32,000 bases of DNA, from assembly GCF_000253055.1 (NCBI RefSeq), contig NC_016070.1, positions 180,001 through 212,000 of the forward strand, in the 5' to 3' direction. The notes beneath the pieces are model-generated. The model was not told the origin of the DNA. It saw nothing but the letters and a program-made list of their open reading frames with translations, and made no database searches. This document shows positions 24,516 through 31,394 of this stretch, one piece after another. Each line of letters opens with the position of its first letter. The first letter of the stretch is position 1. The position numbers and the translations under genes are program-made. This DNA comes from Thermoproteus tenax Kra 1 (GTDB lineage Archaea; Thermoproteota; Thermoprotei; Thermoproteales; Thermoproteaceae).

Positions 24516-25677
24516 GGTAGCGCCTGAGCTGTTGAGTTATCAAGAAGTTGCGCCTCACGTGCTCTCTGCCTGCGGCGCCCATCTCCCTCCTCAGTCTCTT
24601 GTTCTTCAGCAGGTAGACAATATAGTGGGCCGCCGCCTTGGGGGAGTCCACGAGGAAGCCAGTGACTCCGTGTATCACTTGGATTCTGATGCCTCCAGTG
24701 TTGCCTCCTATGACCGGCCTCCTCTTCCACAGAGCCTCGCTGACAGTGAGCCCGAACCCCTCTCTTATCGACTTCTGTAAAACTACGGCGGCGGCCCTCT
24801 GGAAGGCGTTGACCTCTATGTGGCTGTTGGGCGGCAACATCAACAAGTGTATGTCTTTATCGTCTCCGGCCGCCCTAAGGGCCTCTCTATAGACTTCCTC
24901 CCCCTCTGGGTCGTCCGAGGCGGGGCTGCCTAGGTAGACCAGCTGTACGTCTACATGCCGGCGGGCCAACTTGTAGGCCTCAATGACTCCAACAGGGTCC
25001 TTCGCTCTATCGAACCGAGATACTTGGAGCACTATAGGGCGCTCTGGATCAACGCCGTATTTCCTCACTATTCTGTCCACAGTGGCTCTGGGCAGAGGCA
25101 CGTTCTTGGGGCTCAGAGGGTCTATCGAGGGCGGTATAGATATCTGGGGCACATCTAGATCGTCTCTGGCAAACTCTGGTATCGAGACTATTACTCCATC
25201 GTAGGCCGATATATACCTCTTGAGGAAGGCCCAGACCTCGGGGTGGGGGTTGCTGATGTCGATATGGCATCGCCAGATCCAGACCCCCCTCCTTTTATAT
25301 CTAATGAGGCCAGCTGGCTGCGGATCGTGTATGAACACTACGTCGTAGTCCAGAGGGATCTCGCCGGCGTTGATCTCCTGCCATCTGTCGTATATCTCGA
25401 AGTACTCCCTGGGTATCGAGCCGGCGCCTGTCTGAAGCGCGTTGTGAAACGACTTGGTGACTCTGAAGAACTCCTCGTTCCCCCTTATCACTTTCCACTC
25501 TACGTTGAGCCCCAGCTCCCTCATCAGAGGGATCAATCTGTGGAGTATCTCGGCGACTCCGCCGCCGGCCGCCGTAGAGTTGATGTGTAGGATCGACAGA
25601 TCCCTCAGCCTTTCGGCGTATTTAAATATGGCGTTCAGCTCATGCTCGCCTATAAATTCGACGTAACGCTCTATCAT
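24472..25677 (-). CDS. treT: Trehalose glycosyltransferring synthase TreT (GT4 family)
   Basis: The N-terminal region ...ILHINSTAAGGGVAEILHRLIPLMRELGLNVEWKVIRGNEEFFRVTKSFHNALQ closely resembles the characterised archaeal TreT signature (VNSTSFGGGVAEILHSLVPLL...FFNVTKTFHNALQG). The GT-B C-terminal half has EGFGLTVSEA. Confidence 0.85.
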   Translation of the reverse strand: MIERYVEFIGEHELNAIFKYAERLRDLSILHINSTAAGGGVAEILHRLIPLMRELGLNVEWKVIRGNEEFFRVTKSFHNALQTGAGSIPREYFEIYDRWQEINAGEIPLDYDVVFIHDPQPAGLIRYKRRGVWIWRCHIDISNPHPEVWAFLKRYISAYDGVIVSIPEFARDDLDVPQISIPPSIDPLSPKNVPLPRATVDRIVRKYGVDPERPIVLQVSRFDRAKDPVGVIEAYKLARRHVDVQLVYLGSPASDDPEGEEVYREALRAAGDDKDIHLLMLPPNSHIEVNAFQRAAAVVLQKSIREGFGLTVSEALWKRRPVIGGNTGGIRIQVIHGVTGFLVDSPKAAAHYIVYLLKNKRLRREMGAAGREHVRRNFLITQQLRRYLMTILYLTGRHSAP

Positions 25678-26324
25678 AACAAGGCCCTCTCCAGCGTCCT
25701 CACAACTTCAGATTTCAACTGCCTTTCGTCGTTGTAGATGAGGGGGTCTATCCTGGATAACGCGTCAGCCGCCGAGGTCAAGCCGAACTCCTCAACAAGC
25801 CACCTTGAGAAGTCGTTTCTTCCGTTACCGTATAGGACTCTCGCCGTCACGAAGTGGTAGGCCACAGACTCGGGGGGCGCTGCCGCCACTGCGTCTAGAA
25901 ACTCCGCCAGCGTCTCTGCCTTGAGCCCCACTTCGTACACTATTGGGACCATGCTGACGAAAACGAACTCCCTCCTCGCCGCTCTCTCGTCCGCCCTAGG
26001 CTCGAGCACCGCGAGGAGCTCCCTCCTCACGTCCTCCACAGTGGCCGGCTCGGCGCCGGATATACTGGAGAGCTCTATGGCCAGATCATCGTCGTTTAAC
26101 TCCTCCCCCACCCATCGCGCGAAATCGTTAGTGTAATAGGGATGTAGGAGGTGTTTGGCGAAGACCACGTGGAAGACGTGGTGGAATATTACGCCTGGGT
26201 CCGCTGCCCTGATCCCCTCGGCTAGCTGCCGCAGATTGCGCGCCCTCCTTTTAGTGTAGAGGGATAGATAATACGCCGACTTGAAGACAAACGGCGACTT
26301 GGCCTTGGAGTCAAGATCGGCCAT
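25674..26324 (-). CDS. Hypothetical protein with internal tandem duplication, translationally coupled to treT
   Basis: 216 aa with two ~100-aa repeats, each containing F-x-F ... NDF(A/S)RW(V/L)xEE(L/F). Its stop overlaps the treT start (ATGA at 25674-25677). Its own TATA lies ~26 nt upstream of ATG 26324. Confidence 0.6.
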   Translation of the reverse strand: MADLDSKAKSPFVFKSAYYLSLYTKRRARNLRQLAEGIRAADPGVIFHHVFHVVFAKHLLHPYYTNDFARWVGEELNDDDLAIELSSISGAEPATVEDVRRELLAVLEPRADERAARREFVFVSMVPIVYEVGLKAETLAEFLDAVAAAPPESVAYHFVTARVLYGNGRNDFSRWLVEEFGLTSAADALSRIDPLIYNDERQLKSEVVRTLERALL

Positions 26325-26402
26325 GGAGTCTCCACGTGCCTACATTAAAAAGGCGTCGGTGGCTAAAACTTAAATAGTGGAGAGCGGGGGGCGAGGCATG
26401 GG

Positions 26403-27530
26403 GTGGACTTCGTAGTAACGCCGTGGGAAGTAAAGGGCAAGGTAGACTACGACAAACTGTTGCAACAGTTCGGCGCAAGGCCGCTCACCTCAGACCAGAT
26501 ATCCCTACTGAATAAATACGCGGGCGAAGTACACCCTCTGATAAGGCGCGGGTTCTTCTACGCGCACAGAGATTTCGACGAGATACTTAAGTGGCACGCG
26601 CAGGGGAGGCCCTGGGCCCTATACACGGGGAGGGGGCCCAGCGGGCCTGTGCATATAGGCCACATGGTCCCGTGGATACTGCTGAAGTGGTTCTCCGATA
26701 AGTTCGGCCTGGAGGTCTACTTCCAGATGACCGACGACGAGAAGTTCTACGACGACCCAGAGCTCTCTCTGAGGGACACCACGCGTTGGGCCTACGAGAA
26801 CGCTCTCGACGTAATAGCGCTTGGATTTGAGCCGGACAGACTACATCTGATAGTGGATACTCTGGACATAAAGCCGCTCTACCCTATAGCTGTGAAGGTG
26901 GCGAAAAAGCTCACTTGGAACACCGTGAAGGCCACCTTCGGGTTCACGGACTCCTCCAACATAGGCTTGATATTCTATCCATCTCTCCAGATAGCCGTGG
27001 CCTTCCTTCCCACTGAGCTTAGAGGCGAGACCACGCCCGTCTTGATCCCGTGCGCCATAGACCAAGACCCCTACTTCAGGCTGGCCAGAGATATAGCTGA
27101 TGGCTTGGGCTATCCCAAGCCAGCCACCCTTTATTCCAAGTTCATAATGGCATTGACGGGCGAGAGCAAGATGTCTGCCTCCAACCCAGAGTCGGCGATA
27201 TATACTGTGGACGAGCCTAAGGCGGTCAAGCGCAAGATCATGAACGCCTTCACTGGAGGCAGGCCCACCGCAGAGGAGCAGAGGAAGCTGGGCGGAAATC
27301 CGGACATATGTCCCGTCTTCCACTACCACATGTTGTTGGACCCCGACGACGCCTCAGTGGAGAAGATAAGACAGGACTGTAGGTCGGGCGCCTTGTTGTG
27401 CGGCGAGTGCAAGCTGAGACTATACGAGAAGATCGAGAGATTCTTAAAAGAGCATAAGGAGAGGAGGGAGAAGGCGAAAGATAGAGTTGACGAATATAGG
27501 CTTAGCGTGAAGCTCGATATAAAGAAATAA
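26403..27530 (+). CDS. trpS: Tryptophanyl-tRNA synthetase (archaeal/eukaryotic type)
   Basis: Class I motifs: HIGH-type (GPSGPVHIGHMVPW) and KMSKS-type (SKMSAS). 375 aa. GTG 26403 start; the nearby ATG 26398 is out of frame and stops after 5 codons. Confidence 0.9.
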   Translation: MDFVVTPWEVKGKVDYDKLLQQFGARPLTSDQISLLNKYAGEVHPLIRRGFFYAHRDFDEILKWHAQGRPWALYTGRGPSGPVHIGHMVPWILLKWFSDKFGLEVYFQMTDDEKFYDDPELSLRDTTRWAYENALDVIALGFEPDRLHLIVDTLDIKPLYPIAVKVAKKLTWNTVKATFGFTDSSNIGLIFYPSLQIAVAFLPTELRGETTPVLIPCAIDQDPYFRLARDIADGLGYPKPATLYSKFIMALTGESKMSASNPESAIYTVDEPKAVKRKIMNAFTGGRPTAEEQRKLGGNPDICPVFHYHMLLDPDDASVEKIRQDCRSGALLCGECKLRLYEKIERFLKEHKERREKAKDRVDEYRLSVKLDIKK

Positions 27531-27555
27531 AAAACTGCTCAGCGGATCTCCGCCT

Positions 27556-27798
27556 TTACTGGACTATCTTCGCTATGGCGTAGGTGCCTCCGACTTTCTC
27601 GATCTGGACTTTCACGCGCTGGCCCGGCTCGGCGCCTGGGACGAAGACTATGAAGCCTTCGACCTTGGCCACGCCGTCACCCCTTCTGGACTTCTCCACT
27701 ATGTCCACCTCTATTACGTCGCCCTCTTTGACCGGTTTCGGACCTCTTTCCCTTTGGCCGCGGAAAGACCTCCGCGGCCTCCTTCCTTCACCTTCCAT
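27556..27798 (-). CDS. Stand-alone TRAM domain protein (RNA-binding)
   Basis: 80 aa with a basic N-terminal tail. The TRAM core is VKEGDVIEVDIVEKSRRGDGVAKVEGFIVFVPGAEPGQRVKVQIEKV. A TATA box lies ~24 nt upstream. Confidence 0.8.
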   Translation of the reverse strand: MEGEGRRPRRSFRGQRERGPKPVKEGDVIEVDIVEKSRRGDGVAKVEGFIVFVPGAEPGQRVKVQIEKVGGTYAIAKIVQ

Positions 27799-27830
27799 TA
27801 GACCCTGGGATGAGTAGTATAAAAATCTTT

Positions 27831-28697
27831 CTATTTCGGCACTATGAAGTTGCGGCCATCCCTTTTCTCGACAGAGACGAGGCCTGCTTGCTCGAGCCTT
27901 CGCACGGCCCTAAAGACGGTAGTCCTTGGAAGTCCCAAAGTCTTCGCTACGTCGGATTCAAACGCGCCGCCAGTCCTCTGGATATATGATAATATCAGTC
28001 TATCTGTATCGCTCAGCCCGGCGATGCCCCCCTTCCCTCTTCTGGCCAGGTACAGAGAGGCGCCGGCGACGCCTGCCGTTGCTATGAGCCCGACTATGAA
28101 CAGATCGACCGTCGGCGGCCCTCGATTGGACGTCTGTTGGCTTGAGTTGGAGTAGCCGGAGGGGGAGGGCGCACTTGTCGTCGACTGGCTTGGGGCAGTC
28201 GAGCCGGAGGGCGGCGCACTCGTCGTAGAGCTCGTTTGCTGCGAGCTGGGAGGCGCCGTGTTAGTCGACGTGGAATTCGGAGCTGGCGTCTGTAGACTGA
28301 CTCCCTGTAGCGTGTAGGCAAGAGTACCGGGGCCCTGGGCCACCATCAAGATCGAGTTGTTGAACTTGCTGTAGTTTAGAATCTTTAGAGTGGGCAGGAG
28401 GACTACGCCGCCTTGTGCCCAGATTATGTAGGTGCCGTTAGTGACATTGAACGCGATAACGCCATCTACGGCTCTGACTCTTGGAACGTACTCCACAGTT
28501 ATAAGGGCTCTGCCCAAGACCGGTATCTCGAGCTCAGACCCGTTGAGTAGAGCAGGTATGGGGACTTTGTTGTGCATGACAACTGGACTCGTTAACGGCG
28601 CGGCGGGGAGCTGTAGCGTGAAGATATTGGCGACGACAGTCTGGTTGAACACCAACAGAACTGTGCCGTTGGCGAAGAGTAGAATTACCCACAACAT
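27831..28697 (-). CDS. Membrane-tethered winged-helix (MarR/TrmB-like) regulator with extracellular N-terminal domain
   Basis: An N-terminal hydrophobic signal/anchor is followed by a ~120-aa beta-rich domain with N-x-S/T sequons, then an S/T/P-rich stalk (DNA ~28115-28295), then a TM helix (VDLFIVGLIATAGVAGASLYLA). The C-terminus is a wHTH (LSDTDRLILSYIQRTGGAFESDVAKTLGLPRTTVFRAVRRLEQAGLV). Confidence 0.7.
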   Translation of the reverse strand: MLWVILLFANGTVLLVFNQTVVANIFTLQLPAAPLTSPVVMHNKVPIPALLNGSELEIPVLGRALITVEYVPRVRAVDGVIAFNVTNGTYIIWAQGGVVLLPTLKILNYSKFNNSILMVAQGPGTLAYTLQGVSLQTPAPNSTSTNTAPPSSQQTSSTTSAPPSGSTAPSQSTTSAPSPSGYSNSSQQTSNRGPPTVDLFIVGLIATAGVAGASLYLARRGKGGIAGLSDTDRLILSYIQRTGGAFESDVAKTLGLPRTTVFRAVRRLEQAGLVSVEKRDGRNFIVPK

Positions 28698-28713
28698 AAG
28701 GTGCTGACAAACA

Positions 28714-28726
28714 CCTATTTATCTTA
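28714..28726 (-). promoter_or_regulatory. TATA box for the 27831-28697 gene
   Basis: The minus strand reads AAGATAAATAGG, centred ~24-26 nt upstream of ATG 28697. The near-palindromic box could also fire in the + direction. Confidence 0.5.
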
Positions 28727-28734
28727 GTTGCGCC

Positions 28735-29150
28735 TCTCTTGGCCCTTTCGCTCTCCCCGGGGCTCCGAGCCCACAGCCTCAGACACGGGGATCGGCCGAG
28801 TCATTGCAACAGAGCGCAGCCGCCGGCCGATCCACAAGGTCTTATCGGCGACTCGCTGGTTTATAGGACGAGGTGGTTGCCGGATCAGTTTTCTTCCTGT
28901 GCATTGGGGAAAGCGTTTTTTCTGTGCAGACTGGGGGCTTAAGCGTATGCTTGCAACAAGGGGGCAGTGCCCCCACGATTCCCCGGCCGGGCTTTCCACC
29001 GTGGGGGCCTCGGCCGTTGCCCAGGGTTAGTGGGCCGCGTCGGTGCGGGCATTGCGGCGTCCCCCCGCCGGGGCCATCCTGCGTGTTTATGCGGTTGGCC
29101 CGCCCCGCCGTGTTGAACACACTGCTGTTTAAGCCCTTCTCTGCCCTCTT
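28735..29150 (-). ncRNA. Candidate structured non-coding RNA(s) of unknown class (weak RNase P-like motifs)
   Basis: A ~540-bp gap (28698-29237) has no credible ORF in a genome where spacers are usually under 100 bp. It is GC-rich with many local helices, e.g. GGGGGCACUGCCCCC, AAGCAUACGCUU, CGGCG-N6-CGCCG and GGAAAGC/GCUUUCC. The minus strand has no T-run of 4 or more, and a TATA-like AAACTATAAT (29171-29180) lies upstream. The plus strand contains T4 and T6 runs. Strand and ends are uncertain. Confidence 0.35.
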
Positions 29151-29185
29151 CACCGCTCTGTCATGAAAGAATTATAGTTTAGATC

Positions 29186-29224
<39 letters not shown>

Positions 29225-29237
29225 GGGGACGTTGAAA

Positions 29238-30332
29238 TTAATCGGAGCCGCTGTCTTGATCGCCCGAGCTTGCGGCTTGTTGGCTCGAGGTAGAGTTGTC
29301 CTCATCGCTATTGCCGCTGGAGCTCCCGGCGGAGCTGCCGCTGTTGTGGCTGTTGCCCTGTCCTGCTCCGGCCTTGCTGTGATCCTCATCGTGATGTTCG
29401 CCGGCCTTGTTGTGCTTCTCATGGTCCTCTCCAGAGCCCGCGGCTCCTTTGTGCTCCTCGTGATCCTTCTCGTGGTGTTCGCCGCCTATATGAACCTCTA
29501 TCTTGTACCCGTGACCCGTCTTGTGTATCTCTATTTGTGTTCCATTGGCCAACTTCAGCTCTAGCTCCTTGAAGGCTATTGTGATGTTGTTCAGTACTTT
29601 AGCCACCTCTGCCAGCTGGGCAGCGTCGGAGGGATTGTAGGGCTGCAGCTCCTTTGAGAGGGCGTTGAGGAACGAGGCTAACTGAGACAGATTGGACGCA
29701 AAGGCGTGTACCTCCAGCTCGCTGCTGGTCCCATTGATCTGCTTCAGCCCTTTCTTCAGCTCGTACTCTATCTTGGCGCGGAGATAGGTGGCGTTCGGCG
29801 CAGTCGCGTTTAGAGATCTGGCGGCCAACATTATGTTGAGCTCGGCCTTCTTGGTGGCGTTGTTGTTGGCCACATAGGCCGCCAGCTGTTTGAGGTAGTC
29901 GAGCGCCAACGTCGTATTGCCGCTCTTCAGCGCGTCCACGACCTTCTGAAGTGTCTGGGCCACGTAGGTGCTGTTGAAGGTGCCCAGCGCGTGGCCGACC
30001 ACGTGTACGTAATATGCAGTGGTTCCGTTGTAGATCACGGTCTTGAGGTTCGCAGTGATTACGTGTTTATTGTAGTTTATTACCAATTTAGTTGTATTTG
30101 AGACATAGACTATGTGGATAGTGCCCGAGGGCGTCGTAACTTGGACTAAAGTGGCGTTGCCGATCTGTGTGACGTTGGCCGCCGGACTGGTCGCGTTGAC
30201 TGAGGTGGAGTTCACTGCAGTTGTGTTAGTAGTGCCGTTGGGCGTGGCGAAGGCTACGGCGTGATGGCCTCCCATGAGCACGACCGCCAGTGCCAACACG
30301 GTTAGGGCTGTTATTGTTTTGACCCAGCTCAT
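29238..30332 (-). CDS. Secreted, heavily N-glycosylatable protein with His/Asp/Glu-rich C-terminal tail (putative extracellular metal-binding protein)
   Basis: Signal peptide MSWVKTITALTVLALAVVLMGG. There are more than a dozen N-x-S/T sequons and a helical central region. The C-terminal 82 aa (DNA 29241-29486) contain about ten His in EHHEKDHEEHK...GEDHEKHNKAGEHHDEDH, followed by an S/G/D-rich acidic end. There is no C-terminal TM anchor. Parts of the gene are markedly AT-rich (e.g. 30061-30120, ~28% GC). Confidence 0.7.
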   Translation of the reverse strand: MSWVKTITALTVLALAVVLMGGHHAVAFATPNGTTNTTAVNSTSVNATSPAANVTQIGNATLVQVTTPSGTIHIVYVSNTTKLVINYNKHVITANLKTVIYNGTTAYYVHVVGHALGTFNSTYVAQTLQKVVDALKSGNTTLALDYLKQLAAYVANNNATKKAELNIMLAARSLNATAPNATYLRAKIEYELKKGLKQINGTSSELEVHAFASNLSQLASFLNALSKELQPYNPSDAAQLAEVAKVLNNITIAFKELELKLANGTQIEIHKTGHGYKIEVHIGGEHHEKDHEEHKGAAGSGEDHEKHNKAGEHHDEDHSKAGAGQGNSHNSGSSAGSSSGNSDEDNSTSSQQAASSGDQDSGSD

Positions 30333-30408
30333 AGGCGCTGTGCAAGCCCGTCTTAAAAAGGAATATTTTTCAGGCGATGCGGAAAGGCCGGCCCCCGCGT
30401 TTCGCCCA

Positions 30409-30438
30409 GGAGGAACGGCCTCTGAGGGCCATTCCTCC
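30409..30438 (-). repeat. 12-bp inverted repeat / RNA hairpin abutting the CaCA gene stop codon
   Basis: The minus-strand RNA reads GGAGGAAUGGCC-CUCAGA-GGCCGUUCCUCC, 12 bp including one U-G wobble. On the plus strand that position is a C-A mismatch, which favours function on the minus transcript. Confidence 0.6.
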
Positions 30439-31364
30439 TATCTGAAATGCGCCAGATACCAAAGGTAGCCCACGATGCCTATGGGCGCCGTGAGGCCGAA
30501 GTAGCCGCGCCACACCGCGAGGGCCTCCAGGAGGGAGACGACCACGGCGATCGTCACGGCTGTGGTTGTGGCGGGGTCCAGGGAGTAGACGCCGAGGGCC
30601 ATCGCGAGGCCCGGGTAGAACGTGCCGTATAGGGCCTTCTCTCCGACTATAGCTCCTATGCCGTCTTCGTCTCTGCCTCTGTAGACCAATATGAGCCCCA
30701 CAACCGACTCGGGGATGACGGTGGCTATGGGGACGAGGACGACGGCGAGCGCCGCCTCGTCTAGCCCCAGCGCGCGGCCCAAGCCTGCTATGCCCTCCAC
30801 TAGCCACTCAGCGCCGAGATACAGTGCGGCCAACGCGACGGCCAGCTGTAGCAGAGGGTTCCTCAGCCACAGCTTGGAGACGGCCGAGGGCTGTCCCTCC
30901 CTCTTTATCAACATATAGGCGTATATAAAATACAGCGCAACTATGGAGAGCCCATATATACGCCCGTAGAGGCCGTAGCTCTGGGGGTGGAGCCAGAGTA
31001 TAGGTATCAAGGGGAGCGTGAAGGCCAACAGCGGCGCTGCCACTACCTTGTGCACGTGGGGGATCGGGCTGGCCCTTCTGTGGGACAGCCACGCGATGAA
31101 GGCTGTGGCGACCACCGCAGGGTAGATAATTGTGGAGGCCATGAAGGGCTGGGCTACTATGGAGCCCCACGCTATTCCCCCCTCCCCTCTGAGGATGGCG
31201 ATGAGGAACACGGCGAGCTCAGGGCTCGACGTTATCAACGGGGCGAAGACGGTGGCAACGCCGAAGGAGGACCTCCTCCACCTCCACGATATATACCCGA
31301 TCAGCTGCTCCACGAGCAGTCCGGCGACCAGAGTCAACGCGAGCCCGGGGATCAGCTGCAGCAT
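30438..31364 (-). CDS. CaCA-family cation/Ca2+ exchanger (YrbG-like)
   Basis: 308-aa polytopic protein with two alpha-repeat-like motifs, APLITSSPELAV and PIATVIPESVVG (compare the GTSLPE consensus). Confidence 0.7.
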   Translation of the reverse strand: MLQLIPGLALTLVAGLLVEQLIGYISWRWRRSSFGVATVFAPLITSSPELAVFLIAILRGEGGIAWGSIVAQPFMASTIIYPAVVATAFIAWLSHRRASPIPHVHKVVAAPLLAFTLPLIPILWLHPQSYGLYGRIYGLSIVALYFIYAYMLIKREGQPSAVSKLWLRNPLLQLAVALAALYLGAEWLVEGIAGLGRALGLDEAALAVVLVPIATVIPESVVGLILVYRGRDEDGIGAIVGEKALYGTFYPGLAMALGVYSLDPATTTAVTIAVVVSLLEALAVWRGYFGLTAPIGIVGYLWYLAHFR

Positions 31365-31394
31365 GGCCGCATTATTATATACCTAAATATAGAT

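Noticed and set aside
28115-28295. Repetitive-looking DNA (AGC/ACG/CCG-rich) that could be a tandem repeat.
   Set aside because: It has no fixed repeat unit. It encodes the S/T/P/Q-rich extracellular stalk of the 27831-28697 protein.
28731-29160. Pyrimidine-rich similar sequences at both ends of the non-coding island (GGCCCTTTCGCTCTCC at ~28741 vs AGCCCTTCTCTGCCCTCTTCACCGCTCTG at ~29131) as direct repeats or att sites of an inserted element. Also an 8-bp long-range complement, ACAGAGCG (29154-29161) / CGCTCTGT (28809-28816), as a closing helix.
   Set aside because: The matches are short (6-8 nt), gapped, and expected by chance at this length and GC content. No integrase or mobile-element gene is nearby.
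29232-29564. A 110-aa very hydrophobic + strand ORF that looks like a membrane protein.
   Set aside because: It is the exact antisense of the His/Glu/Asp/Ser-rich tail of the 364-aa minus-strand gene. GAN/CAY codons read backwards give Val/Leu/Ile. The minus-strand ORF has a signal peptide, a promoter and a terminator.
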